NCBI GenBank assembly: GCA_963712745.1
Contig: CAVQJC010000005.1
Coordinates: 192,001 to 256,000, forward strand
Length of the DNA stretch: 64,000 bases
DNA from: an uncultured Chloroflexia bacterium
GTDB taxonomy: Bacteria; Chloroflexota; Limnocylindria; Limnocylindrales; CSP1-4
Direction of reading: 5' to 3'
The notes beneath the pieces were generated by a model. That model worked only from the letters and a program-made list of their open reading frames with translations. It did no database searches and had not been told where the DNA came from. Shown piece after piece: positions 33,699-43,703 of this stretch (the first letter of the stretch is position 1; each line of letters begins with the position of its first letter). Both the position numbers and the translations under genes were made by a program.

Positions 33699-35047
33699 TG
33701 GCCAACCAGCCGACGCGTCGTGAAGAGATCGAGGAGCAGGTCGATTCGCGCCATGACGACCGACTCGATGCCGCCGCCCTCGCGGCCATCGCGGAAGCGG
33801 AGCTGGAGGCGCCCGAAGCCGAGGACTTCGGCCTGCGGGTGGAGGCGCCCACCGGCGACATCGCCCTCCGCGCTGAGAACCTGGGCGTGCGCTACAACCT
33901 CAACTTCACCAAGAAGACGAAGCTGCGCACGTCGTTCGCGACGCTGCTCGACCCGCGGCGCCGCAACAAGGGCCATTTCTGGGCCCTGCGCCATGTCGAC
34001 CTGGAGGTCCGCCGCGGCGAGGCCGTGGGCATCATCGGGCCCAACGGCTCGGGCAAGTCGACCATCCTGCTGGCGCTGGCCGGCATCCTTCAGCCCTCGG
34101 AGGGCGTGGTCCAGGTCAACGGCCACGTGTCCACGCTGCTGAGCCTCAACGCCGGCTTCGACCAGGAGCTCTCCGGCCGCGAGAACATCGCCCTCGCCGG
34201 CGCGCTCATGGGCATCGACCACGAGGTCATGCACGAGATCACCCCGGGTATCGTCCGCTTCGCCAACATCGGCGCCTTCATCGACGCACCCATGAAGACG
34301 TACTCCTCGGGCATGCGCGCCCGCGTCGGCTTCTCCATCGCCACCGCCGTCGACCCCGACATCCTGCTGCTCGACGAGGTCCTGGGTACGGGCGACAACA
34401 AGTTCAAGAAGAAGTCGAAGGAGCGCATCGCCAACGTGCTCAAGTCGGCCAAGGCCGTGGTCATGGTCACCCACGACATGAGCTGGATCACCAACTTCTG
34501 CACGCGCGCCATCCTGCTCGACCGGGGCCGCATCGTGGCCGATGGTGACCCCATCAAGATCGTCGAGATGCACGGCGCCGACGCGACGATGCGCAAGACG
34601 CAGAAGCGCCAGGCCAAGCGCCTGATGCGCCACGGCAAGCTGGAGTCTAAGGACATCAACAAGGCTCTCAAGTCGGGCACGCTGGGCGACCTGGTGGAGG
34701 GCAACGAGGATGCGCTCAAGGAGATCGACGAGGAGAAGGCCAGACGACGGGCCATCCTCGAGGAGCGGCGTGCGAAGCTGAAGGCTCGCCGGGAGGCCGC
34801 GGCCGCCGCAGAGGCCGCCAAGGGCTCAGGCTCGGCCGACTCAGGGGCCGCCAAGGGCTCAGGCTCGGCCGACTCAGGGGCCGCCGAGGGCTCAGGCTCG
34901 GCCGACTCAGGGGCCGCCAAGGGCTCAGGCTCGGCCGACTCAGGGGCCGCCAAGGGCTCAGGTGCGAAGGACGCCGTGGAGCAGACGCCCGATGTGGACG
35001 GATCGGCCGTCGCGGACGAATCCGAACGGAGTCAGCCGGTCGCCTAG
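33698..35047 (+). CDS. wzt: Polysaccharide ABC exporter ATPase (Wzt/TagH)
   Basis: FWALRHV, GPNGSGKST, YSSGMRAR, LLLDEVL. Confidence 0.92.
   Translation: MANQPTRREEIEEQVDSRHDDRLDAAALAAIAEAELEAPEAEDFGLRVEAPTGDIALRAENLGVRYNLNFTKKTKLRTSFATLLDPRRRNKGHFWALRHVDLEVRRGEAVGIIGPNGSGKSTILLALAGILQPSEGVVQVNGHVSTLLSLNAGFDQELSGRENIALAGALMGIDHEVMHEITPGIVRFANIGAFIDAPMKTYSSGMRARVGFSIATAVDPDILLLDEVLGTGDNKFKKKSKERIANVLKSAKAVVMVTHDMSWITNFCTRAILLDRGRIVADGDPIKIVEMHGADATMRKTQKRQAKRLMRHGKLESKDINKALKSGTLGDLVEGNEDALKEIDEEKARRRAILEERRAKLKARREAAAAAEAAKGSGSADSGAAKGSGSADSGAAEGSGSADSGAAKGSGSADSGAAKGSGAKDAVEQTPDVDGSAVADESERSQPVA
34814..34962. repeat. 33-bp tandem repeat x4.5 (AAKGSGSADSG)
   Basis: gccgccaagggctcaggctcggccgactcaggg. 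Confidence 0.93.
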
Positions 35048-36492
35048 GCCTGCGGCCACGAGGCGCGGGAGCCGATGGCCGCCTCGACCGAGCGCGTTCC
35101 CGGGATCACCGTCCAGGTTCGGCCGTCCTCAACGAACTGCCGGGCGCGGTGCTCCAGGCCCGCCGGGGTCTCGCCTGCGATGAGCCAGGTGGTGTCGGTG
35201 TGGGTGTGCTCGCGCGCCGCCGCCACCCACTCCGTGGCCGGGTCGGCGGCACCGTCGATGACGATAAGGTCGAAACGGCGTTCCGGTCCGACCAGGTGCT
35301 CGAAGTAGTCCGCAGGTGGCATCTCGTAGAGCGCCAGGCCGTCCCCGGCGCGGGCGCGCGGGTCGAACGGGAAGACCTCGCTGACGATGTGCCGCAGCGG
35401 CACGTGGAGCTCGACCCCCAACGGTGCCGAGGCGGTCAGCTCCAGATAGGAGCGGGCGCCGGCCGCGCCGGCCAGGTCGGATGCCAGCCGGGTCCCTGGC
35501 GCGGGCCCTGCCCACTCCGGACGAGGCTGCTCGACACCGAGGATGTCGAGATAGGGCGTGAGCGTCGTGGCCAGCTTGACCACGTGCGCGGAGCGCTCCT
35601 CGATGAGCACCTCCTGGGGCACCACGTGCATGCGCTGGTCGAGCGACCGTGCCCGCGCGATGGTCAGGTAGTTGGCGTTCTGCTCCGCGACCGTGCGGCC
35701 GGGGTGACGGCAGAAGACATCGACCACCAGCCCGCGGACATCGGACAGCAGCGCCAGCAGGTGGAAGGCCGAACCCTGGTCGCCGGCCACGCGGCCCGCG
35801 GTGGCCAGCAACTCCAGCTGCTGGGGGATGGTCAGCGTCTCGGGCTGGATGACGGTCCAGCCGGCGGCTGCCAGCGCCGCCTCCAGGCGCGGCGCATGGA
35901 TGATGCCGGGGTCGATCCGTGTGCGCGACAGCCACAGGCGCAGGCCCGGGTCGCGCTGACGCGCCGGGTAGGCGGCCAGGAACGCAGCCTGCTGGGGTGC
36001 CATGAAGTCCTTGATGCGGTAGCCCGGGTCGGGCACCACGACCCGGCCGAACCGCATCGGCCGGTCCACGAAGATGGGCTCGTTGGCGATGCCCAGGACC
36101 TCGAGGATGGCGGGCTGCCAGGGCTTGTACTCCGGCCCGGGTCTGTCGCTCGGCCAGGCCCAGGCGATGGGCAGCTCCGGGTGCTCCCTGGCGTACCACA
36201 GGCTGGCCAGGCCCTCGAGCATGAAGTGGCCGAAGTGGCGCGTCAGACGACCGGCGTAGATGACCGTCCGCGGGTCGCGCAGAGCCGAATTGCGCGTGGC
36301 CGCGTCGAACCTGGCCGCGAAACCGACCTTGCCGTAGCTGCGGACCAGCAGACTCTGGGGCACCACCCTGTCGCGCGCGTCGAACACGCCCATGCGCAGC
36401 CCGGGCCGTCCGTTGGGACGCATGAAGTTGGTGAAGGGCATGATCACCGCGTCGGGATGGGCCTCGGCGCGGAGCGGTCCTGGCGACGGCAT
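35044..36492 (-). CDS. GT61-like glycosyltransferase with a C-terminal degenerate methyltransferase-like domain
   Basis: HFGHFMLEGL, LWLSRT, PETLTIPQQ, QGSAFH; RSYLEL..FDLIVIDG. Confidence 0.72.
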   Translation of the reverse strand: MPSPGPLRAEAHPDAVIMPFTNFMRPNGRPGLRMGVFDARDRVVPQSLLVRSYGKVGFAARFDAATRNSALRDPRTVIYAGRLTRHFGHFMLEGLASLWYAREHPELPIAWAWPSDRPGPEYKPWQPAILEVLGIANEPIFVDRPMRFGRVVVPDPGYRIKDFMAPQQAAFLAAYPARQRDPGLRLWLSRTRIDPGIIHAPRLEAALAAAGWTVIQPETLTIPQQLELLATAGRVAGDQGSAFHLLALLSDVRGLVVDVFCRHPGRTVAEQNANYLTIARARSLDQRMHVVPQEVLIEERSAHVVKLATTLTPYLDILGVEQPRPEWAGPAPGTRLASDLAGAAGARSYLELTASAPLGVELHVPLRHIVSEVFPFDPRARAGDGLALYEMPPADYFEHLVGPERRFDLIVIDGAADPATEWVAAAREHTHTDTTWLIAGETPAGLEHRARQFVEDGRTWTVIPGTRSVEAAIGSRASWPQA

Positions 36493-36505
36493 GGGCGCTA
36501 TCGTC

Positions 36506-36605
36506 GCGCATTTGCCCGTGGCCGCGCATTTGCCCGTGGCCGCGCATTTGCCAGTGGCCGCGCATTTGCCAGTGGCCGCGCATTTGCCAGTGGCCGCGCA
36601 TTTGC
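36506..36605. repeat. 18-bp tandem repeat x5.5 in a divergent promoter region
   Basis: gcgcatttgcc(c/a)gtggcc. Confidence 0.93.
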
Positions 36606-36622
36606 TAGATTGCGACCACCCC

Positions 36623-37465
36623 GTGACCACACCCGCCCGCACCCCGACACCCGCCGCCCGACTGGGGCGCACCCTGGGCCGCCTCAAGCGGCGCAGCCGT
36701 CGTGTCGTGCTGAGCCGCCGGCCGCAGCGGGTCATCGCCATCCTGGGCATGCATCGGGCCGGCACCAGCTCGCTCGCCGGCAGCCTCGAGGAGGCCGGCC
36801 TGTTCCTCGGCGACGTTCGCGGTCGAGGCCAGTGGAACCGCAAGGGCAATCGCGAATCGAAGGTGCTGATGCGGTTGCACGATGACGTGCTCGGTGCTAA
36901 CGGCGGCAACTGGCGGCGGCCCCCCGAACGCGCCATCTGGAGCGCGGAACACAAGGCCCGGCGGGACCGCTACATCTCGCAGCGCATCGGCCGGCCGCTG
37001 TGGGGCTTCAAGGATCCGCGCACCGTGCTCCTCATCGAGGGCTGGCTCGAGGCCATGCCGGACCTGGGCATGGTCGCCAGCGTGCGTCATCCGGCGGCAG
37101 TGGCCCGATCGCTCCAGCGCCGCAGCGGAAGCGAGTCGGCCGAACCCTGGCTCGACCTGTGGCTGGCCTACAACCGCCGCTTGCTCGACCTCCACGCCGC
37201 GCACGGCTTCCCCATCATCGACTTCGACCTCCCGGCCGAGGAGTACCGGGCCCGCCTGGCCACGCTCATCGAGGAGCTGGGCCTGCATGCACCGGAGGGC
37301 GAGGGCACGTTCTTCGAAGCCTCGCTGCGCAATCCCATTCCCGAGGACGCCGAGCTGCCCGACGAGGTCGAGCGTGTCTACCTGGCACTGCGCGAGATCG
37401 CCGCAGAGGGCGCCAGGGCGGCGGCGACTACCGGGGCAGCCACGACAGAAGGGGCCCGCGCGTGA
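36623..37465 (+). CDS. Sulfotransferase-family protein
   Basis: ILGMHRAGTS, WGFKDPRT, RHPAAVARSL, LWLAYN. Confidence 0.85.
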   Translation: MTTPARTPTPAARLGRTLGRLKRRSRRVVLSRRPQRVIAILGMHRAGTSSLAGSLEEAGLFLGDVRGRGQWNRKGNRESKVLMRLHDDVLGANGGNWRRPPERAIWSAEHKARRDRYISQRIGRPLWGFKDPRTVLLIEGWLEAMPDLGMVASVRHPAAVARSLQRRSGSESAEPWLDLWLAYNRRLLDLHAAHGFPIIDFDLPAEEYRARLATLIEELGLHAPEGEGTFFEASLRNPIPEDAELPDEVERVYLALREIAAEGARAAATTGAATTEGARA

Positions 37466-38367
37466 GCGAGCGGACGAAGACGGGACGACTGCGCGGCCTG
37501 CTCGGCGCTGCCGGCCGGGGTGGCGCTGCCGGCCGGGGTGGCGCTGCCGGCCGGGGTGGCGCTGCCGGCCGGGGTGGCGCTGCCGGCCGAGGGTCGGAGA
37601 CGAACACCCCCGGCCAGGGAGCGGAGCCCACCCGCCTTGCGCCGGGACAGCGGCAGCGCGTCGTGGCCGTGCTGGGCATGCACCGTTCGGGCACCAGCAG
37701 CCTGGTCGGCAGCCTTGAAGCGGCCGGCCTCTTCCTGGGCGACGTGCGCACGAGCGGCCAGTGGAACGAGAAGGGCCACCGCGAGTCGGCCGTGCTCAAC
37801 CTGCTCCACGAGGACGTCCTCATCGCCAACGGCGGAGGCTGGTTCATGCCGCCGACCACGACCGACTGGACGGCCGCCCACCGCAAGCGGCGGGACAAGT
37901 ACATCGCCGAGCGCGCCGACCTGGCCCTGTGGGGCTTCAAGGATCCGCGCACGCTGCTGCTCCTCGACGGCTGGCTCGAGGCCATCCCGGACCTGGAGCT
38001 GGTGGGCACGTTCCGCCACCCTGCCGCGGTCGCGCGCTCCCTGCAGCGCCGCCACGGCACCGACGCCATCGAGCCCTGGCTGGATCTGTGGCTGGCCTAC
38101 GACCGCCATCTGCTGGAGCTGGTCGAGGCGCGAGGCTTCCCGCTCGTCGATTTCGACCTGCCCAACGACGAGTACCAGGCGCGCATCCGAGCACTGACTG
38201 ACGAGCTGCGCCTGACTGGACCCGAGGGAGACGGCTCGTTCTTCGAGGCCTCCCTGCGCACGTCGCAGCGGGAGGTCCCCGGTCAGCTCGAGCTGCCGGC
38301 GCAGGTCGACGAGGTATATCAGCGCCTCCGCGCGGTGGCCGCAGCCCAGGTCGAGACTGCCGGCTGA
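37462..38367 (+). CDS. Sulfotransferase-family protein (tandem paralog)
   Basis: VLGMHRSGTS, WGFKDPRT, RHPAAVARSL; GTGA overlap. Confidence 0.85.
   Translation: MSERTKTGRLRGLLGAAGRGGAAGRGGAAGRGGAAGRGGAAGRGSETNTPGQGAEPTRLAPGQRQRVVAVLGMHRSGTSSLVGSLEAAGLFLGDVRTSGQWNEKGHRESAVLNLLHEDVLIANGGGWFMPPTTTDWTAAHRKRRDKYIAERADLALWGFKDPRTLLLLDGWLEAIPDLELVGTFRHPAAVARSLQRRHGTDAIEPWLDLWLAYDRHLLELVEARGFPLVDFDLPNDEYQARIRALTDELRLTGPEGDGSFFEASLRTSQREVPGQLELPAQVDEVYQRLRAVAAAQVETAG
37504..37592. repeat. 18-bp tandem repeat x~5 (GAAGRG)
   Basis: ggcgctgccggccggggt. Confidence 0.92.
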
Positions 38368-38398
38368 CGGCGAGCCCCCTCCCCGCAGCCGGCTTCGT

Positions 38399-38460
38399 TC
38401 GGCAGGCGGTCCGCATCCGCGGTCGGCAGGCGGTCCGCAATCGCGCTCGGCTGGCGGACC
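38399..38460. repeat. 24-bp tandem repeat x2.6 between convergent genes
   Basis: tcggcaggcggtccgca... units. Confidence 0.8.
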
Positions 38461-39549
38461 CTACCCCCGGTAGAGCGCGGCGGTCTCCTCGGCGATGGGG
38501 CCCCACTCGATGGTGTCGGCGAAGGCTCGCGCCCGCCGGCCCATGGCTGCAAGGTCGGAGGCGGCCGCATCGCGGATGGCATCAGACAGAGCGTCGGGAT
38601 GGTCGGGGTCATAGAGGAACGAGGCGTCGGAGGGCATGGTCTCGGGCAGGCAACCGCGGGCCGGGGCGATGACCGGGCGGCCGTGACTGAGCGCGAGGAT
38701 GACGCTGCCGGAGGTGAGGATGTCGCGGAAAGGCATGACCGCCACGTCTGACCCTCGCAGGATGCGCGAGAGCTCCTCCTCGGGTATGCGTTCGAGGCGG
38801 AGCACGATGCGCTCGTCACCGGCCGCGGCCTGCGCGAGGTCCTTGCCCAGCTTCGCCGGCAGTGGCTGGCCGCAGATGAGCAGCCGGTCGCCCGGGCCCA
38901 GCTCCTCCACTCGCCGGAACGCTTCGATGAGGCCGCCCGCGTTCTTGTAGCCACGGATGGAGCCGACGAAGACGAAGATCCGACCATCGGCCGGCAGGCC
39001 GAGGGCTTCACGGGCCGCCACGGCGTCGGCATCGACGTCGTACTGGTGCACGTAGTTGCCGTGCGGGATGACGTGCATGTGGGCTTGCGCAGCGTCGCTG
39101 GCGCCGTACATCTCGACCAGCGCGTCGCGGGCGTACTGGCAGTGGAAGATGATGGCGTCGGCCCGCTCGATCATGGCGCGGTGGACTCGAGCCTCGCGTG
39201 GGTCGGCACCCCGTGAGGCGTGGGCCTTGAGGTTGTGCACGGTCCAGACGACGCGGGCGCCAAGCGCCTTCACCAGGCGCAGCTGCCACTCGAACCAGAG
39301 CACCTCGCGCCGACGGGGCTTGCCGCTGGGGCCGCCGACGAAGTCGTGGATCCACTGCACGTGGAGCACGTCCGGTCGGCCCTGGGCCAGCCACGTGCCC
39401 AGCAGCGGTGCGCGGCCAGACCACTCGTGGATCGCGGACGCCTCCACGCCGGCGTCGTCCCTGAGGGCCGAGGCCAGCAGCCGCTGGTAGGGGTTCCAGG
39501 TGTACGAGGGCAACAGGATCGCCCGCAGCGGCTTGGCGGACCGGTTCAT
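38461..39549 (-). CDS. GT4 glycosyltransferase
   Basis: NPYQRLL, WTVHN, VIPHGNY, GSIRGYKN, TSGSVILALSHG. Confidence 0.9.
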   Translation of the reverse strand: MNRSAKPLRAILLPSYTWNPYQRLLASALRDDAGVEASAIHEWSGRAPLLGTWLAQGRPDVLHVQWIHDFVGGPSGKPRRREVLWFEWQLRLVKALGARVVWTVHNLKAHASRGADPREARVHRAMIERADAIIFHCQYARDALVEMYGASDAAQAHMHVIPHGNYVHQYDVDADAVAAREALGLPADGRIFVFVGSIRGYKNAGGLIEAFRRVEELGPGDRLLICGQPLPAKLGKDLAQAAAGDERIVLRLERIPEEELSRILRGSDVAVMPFRDILTSGSVILALSHGRPVIAPARGCLPETMPSDASFLYDPDHPDALSDAIRDAAASDLAAMGRRARAFADTIEWGPIAEETAALYRG

Positions 39550-40754
39550 TCGGCCATCCGGGCGGTCGGGTCGGCGGGTCCGGTCGGTTCGGCCATCCGG
39601 GCGGTCGGGTCGGCGGTGGCCGTCAGTTCGGCTGGAGGTGCCAGTTCGGCTGGAGCGGTCAGTTCGGCAGGAGGGGTCCGCTCGGCCCGGGCGACCAGGT
39701 CGGCCGCGATGCGCTCGCCGGCGTGGCCGTCCCAGCCGGGTGGACCGCCACCGATGCGCTTCTGGGCACCCGCGAGCGCGCCGTCGAGGGCGTCTCCCAG
39801 TCCAGCGGGCGTGACCAGCCGGTTGGTGCCCGCGGTCAGGGTGATGGGCCGCTCGGTATTGGGCCGCAACGTCAGGCACGGTACGTCAAGGACGGTCGTC
39901 TCCTCCTGGATGCCGCCCGAGTCGGTGATGACGGCTGCCGCGCCGCGCACGAGCGAGATGAAGTCGAGATAGCCGAGCGGATCGACCACGATGAGGCCCG
40001 ATACGTCTGCCAGGCCGGCCGAATCGAGCATGGCCCGGCCGCGCGGGTGGAGCGGCAGCACCAGCGGCAGCCGGGCCGTGGCGTCACGCAGGGCTGCGAT
40101 GAGCGCCGTGGCCGCCTCCGGCGTGTCCACGTTGGCCGGCCGATGCAGTGTCGCCACCGCGTACGGGGACTCGACACCGAGGCGTGTCTTCACCGGCTCG
40201 GGGTCGAAGCGGTCGAGATTCGCCAGCAGCGTGTCGATCATGGGGTTGCCCACGAACACGACGCGCTCCCCGCTGATGCCCTCGCGGGCCAGGTTCTGCT
40301 CGCCCTCCGGCGCGGTCACATAGAGCGGGTCGCTCAGCAGGTCGGTCACGCGCCGGTTGACCTCTTCGGGCATGGTCGGGTCGAAGGAGCGCAGGCCCGC
40401 CTCCACGTGCGCCACGGGAATGAGCAGCTTGGCGCAGACGAGGGCTGCGGCCAGGGTGGAGTTGACGTCGCCGTAGACCACGACACGGTCGGGCCGGCCC
40501 TCGAGGAAGGCCGCTTCCAGGGCCACCAGCAGGGCCGCCGTCTGCGCTCCGTGCGAGCCGGACCCCACGCCCAGGTTGACGTCCGGCTCGGGCAGGCCCA
40601 GTTCCTCGAAGAAGACCTCCGACATGGCCCGGTCGTAGTGCTGGCCGGTGTGGATGACCTGCTGCTCCGCTCCCGACTCGCGCAGTGCGGAGATGACCGG
40701 GGCGGCCTTGATGAAGTTCGGCCGGGCGCCGACGACGTGGATGAGTCCGGGCAT
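39546..40754 (-). CDS. wecB: UDP-N-acetylglucosamine 2-epimerase (non-hydrolysing)
   Basis: VVGARPNF, HTGQHYD, HVEAGLRS, PEEVNR, TDSGGIQEE, TERP. Confidence 0.94.
   Translation of the reverse strand: MPGLIHVVGARPNFIKAAPVISALRESGAEQQVIHTGQHYDRAMSEVFFEELGLPEPDVNLGVGSGSHGAQTAALLVALEAAFLEGRPDRVVVYGDVNSTLAAALVCAKLLIPVAHVEAGLRSFDPTMPEEVNRRVTDLLSDPLYVTAPEGEQNLAREGISGERVVFVGNPMIDTLLANLDRFDPEPVKTRLGVESPYAVATLHRPANVDTPEAATALIAALRDATARLPLVLPLHPRGRAMLDSAGLADVSGLIVVDPLGYLDFISLVRGAAAVITDSGGIQEETTVLDVPCLTLRPNTERPITLTAGTNRLVTPAGLGDALDGALAGAQKRIGGGPPGWDGHAGERIAADLVARAERTPPAELTAPAELAPPAELTATADPTARMAEPTGPADPTARMAE
39549..39673. repeat. 39-bp x2 and 18-bp x3 tandem repeats in the wecB tail
   Basis: ADPTARMAE and PAEL repeats. 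Confidence 0.85.
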
Positions 40755-40778
40755 GCGCGCAAGCATGCCATCGCCGCG

Positions 40779-40992
40779 TCCGCTCCGTCCGACGCGCGTC
40801 CGCTCCGTCCGACGGTGGCATGCCTCCACCCGACGGTCGCATGCCTCGACCGACGGTGGCATGCCTCGACCGAGTCCCGTCGTGCGGCCGCCCGATGGTG
40901 GTGCGGCTACCCGAAGGTCGTGCGGCCACCCGATGGTCGTGCGGCCGCCCGATGGTGGTGCGGCTACCCGATGGTGGTGCGGCCGCCCGATG
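40779..40992. repeat. Compound intergenic array: ~20-21-bp units followed by 19-bp x6
   Basis: ccgacggtggcatgcctc; gtgcggc(c/t)(g/a)cccgatggt. Confidence 0.88.
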
Positions 40993-41008
40993 CTAGAGTC
41001 GGTTGGCC

Positions 41009-42314
41009 GTGACGAACGACCAGCACACCTTCACCACCGTCGGCATCATCGGGCTCGGCTACGTCGGCCTGCCGCTCGCGACCGCCTTCGCGGAGGCGGG
41101 CGTAAGCGTGGTGGGCTTCGACCTCGCGGTGGCCAAGATCGAGGCGCTGGCCGACGGTCGGTCGTACATCGAGGACGTGCCCAGCGATCGGCTGGCCCCA
41201 CTCGTTCAGTCGGGCGCGCTGGAACCCACGACCGACCCGACACGCCTGGCCGCCTGTGGCGCCGTGCTCATCTGCGTACCCACGCCGCTGGGCGACCACC
41301 GAGAGCCCGACCTCGGCTACGTCATCGCCGCCACCGAGACCGCCCTCGCCAACCTCGCGCCCGGCGCCCTGGTCGTGCTCGAATCGACCACCTGGCCGGG
41401 CACCACGCGCGAGGTGCTGGGGCCGATGTTCGAGTCGGCCGGCCTGCGCATCGGCGAGGACGCCTACCTCGCCTTCAGCCCTGAGCGGGTGGACCCCGGC
41501 AACACTCGCTGGGGCATCCGCGACACGCCCAAGGTCGTCGGCGGCCTCACACCCGAGTGCTCGCGTCGGGCCGAGGCGCTGTACCGCGTCATCTGCGACA
41601 CCGTCCACCCGGTCTCCACGCCCGAAATCGGCCGAGATGTCCAAGATCATCGAGAACACCTTCCGCGCGGTGAACATCGCACTCGTCAACGAGCTGGCCA
41701 TGCTGGCCGACCGCATGGGCATCGATATCTGGGAGGCCATCGAAGCCTCGTCCACCAAGCCCTTCGGCTTCATGCCCTTCTGGCCGGGTCCGGGCCTCGG
41801 TGGACACTGCATCCCCATCGACCCCTTCTACCTCGCCTGGCGCGCGCGTGCGTTCGACATGGACAGCGGGTTCGTGGAACTGGCGGGGCGCGTCAACGTG
41901 AACATGCCCTACTACGCGGTCGCGAGGATCGCCCGCTCGCTCAACGATCGGGGCAAGGCCGTGCGCGACGCGGACGTGCTCCTCCTGGGCATGGCCTACA
42001 AGGCCGACGTGGGCGACCTGCGCGAGAGCCCGTCACTCAAGCTGCTCGAGCTGCTGCGGGCGGAGGGCGCGGACGTGACCTACCACGATCCCCACGTGGA
42101 CACGCTCACCGACGAGGGCCTCACGTCGGTGGAGCTGACCGTCGAGCGGCTGGCCGCGACCGACTGCGTGGTCATCGCCACCGCCCACCAGGCCATCGAC
42201 CTGGCGGCCGTGGTGGAGCATGCCGATCTCGTGGTCGACCTGCGCAATGCCGTGCGACATCGGCTCGGTGGCGCCTCGTCGGGCCACGTCCCGCCTAACG
42301 TCGACGTCCTCTAG
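41009..42314 (+). CDS. Nucleotide-sugar (UDP-GlcNAc/ManNAc) dehydrogenase, WbpA/WecC family (+1 frameshift near 41626)
   Basis: GLGYVGLP, CVPTP, ESTTWPGTT, SPERVDPG, ENTFRAVNIA, GGHCIPIDP, DLRESP. Confidence 0.92.
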
Positions 42315-42315
42315 A

Positions 42316-42467
42316 TGTGCATCAGGGGTGGGCTGATACACCTTCATGGCGGGCTGATGCATATCAAGGGCGGTGATGCACCTTCATGGCGGGCTGATGG
42401 CCGCACGCGCTGATGGCCGCACGCCCTCGCTGATGGCTGCACGACCTCGCTGATGGCCGCACGACCG
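42316..42467. repeat. Tandem duplications including four copies of the DUF354 start region
   Basis: caccttcatggcgggctgatg x2; gctgATGgc(c/t)gcacg x4. Confidence 0.88.
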
Positions 42468-43463
42468 CGCAAGGTCTGGATCGACCTGACCAACTCGCCG
42501 CACGTGCTCTTCTTCCGGCCGGTCCTGCGCCGGCTCGACGAGGCCGGGGTGGAAGCGATCGTGACCGCGCGCGACTTCGCCCAGACCCTGGGCCTGCTCG
42601 AGCGCTACGGCATCGAGCACACGGTCATCGGGCGCCACGGGGGAGCCTCGGTGCGAGGCAAGGCGCTGGGTCTGGTGCGACGGTCGGGGGCGATGGTGCG
42701 CTTCGGCCGCGGCCGGGGCTTCACCCAGGCGGTGAGCCACGGCTCCAACGACCTGGCCATCGCAGCCCGGACGCTGCGGCTGCACAGCACGGTCATCCAT
42801 GACTACGAGGGCGCCGCGGGCATGCACCGCATCAACTTCCGACTGGCCTCGAAGGTCATGACGCCCGATGTCATCCCCTACTCGGCGATCGCCGGCTACG
42901 GGCTGCCCGAGTCGCGCTTCTGCCCCTATCACGGCCTCAAGGAGCAGGTGGCACTGGCCGACTTCGCGCCCGACGACACGGTCTACGGCGAGCTCGGGCT
43001 CGACCCGGAGCGGCCGATCGCCGTGCTGCGGCCGCCGGCCACGATGAGCCTCTATCACCGCGGCATCGAGAACACCGTCTTCGACGAGGTGCTGGCGCGA
43101 CTGCGCGATGCCGATGTCCAGGTGGTGCTGCTGCCGCGCACGCCCGAGCAGGCACAGTCGTTCGCCGGGGCTGCGGGCGTGATCGTGCCCGATCGTCCGG
43201 TCGACGGTCCCTCGCTGGTGTGGGCGGCCGACGTCGTCGTCAGCGCCGGCGGCACCATAAATCGCGAGGCGGCGGTGCTGGGCGTGCCGACCTGGACCAC
43301 CTTCGCCGGAACGCTGGGGGCAGTGGACCGGGAGCTCGTGGAGCAAGGGCGGATGAGCGTGCTCGAGCGGGCAGAGGACATCGTCGTCGTCAAGCGCGAC
43401 CGCTCCGAGCCGCGCTTCGAAGCCATCGCCGACGAGGTCACCGAGGAGATCCTGCGCACGTAG
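42453..43463 (+). CDS. DUF354 (GT-B fold) protein
   Basis: VWIDLTNSPHVLFF, TARD, IGRHG, GGTINREAAVLGVP. Confidence 0.88.
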   Translation: MAARPRKVWIDLTNSPHVLFFRPVLRRLDEAGVEAIVTARDFAQTLGLLERYGIEHTVIGRHGGASVRGKALGLVRRSGAMVRFGRGRGFTQAVSHGSNDLAIAARTLRLHSTVIHDYEGAAGMHRINFRLASKVMTPDVIPYSAIAGYGLPESRFCPYHGLKEQVALADFAPDDTVYGELGLDPERPIAVLRPPATMSLYHRGIENTVFDEVLARLRDADVQVVLLPRTPEQAQSFAGAAGVIVPDRPVDGPSLVWAADVVVSAGGTINREAAVLGVPTWTTFAGTLGAVDRELVEQGRMSVLERAEDIVVVKRDRSEPRFEAIADEVTEEILRT

Positions 43464-43504
43464 GCCCGCGCCGGTGTGGTGTTGGCGCCGGGCTCGGCAG
43501 GGCC

Positions 43505-43681
43505 GGGCTGGCGTGAGGCGCCGGGCGCGGGGCGGGGCGCGGTTGGCGTGAGACGCCGGGCGCGGGGCGGGGCGGGGCGCGGGGGCGGGGCGCGGCGCGG
43601 GCGCGGTTGGCGTGAGGGGCGGGGCGCGGGGCGGGGCGCGGTTGGCGTGAGGCGCCGGGCGCGGGGCGGGGCGGGGCGCGA
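43505..43681. repeat. G-rich tandem array
   Basis: gggcgcggggcggggcgcggttggcgtgag units. Confidence 0.8.
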
Positions 43682-43703
43682 GGAGCGAGGGCCGTGGCTT
43701 CTC

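Noticed and set aside
36506-40992. 18-21-bp arrays as plasmid iterons or a replication origin
   Set aside because: There is no rep gene or AT-rich unwinding region, the context is chromosomal, and each array has an unrelated unit.
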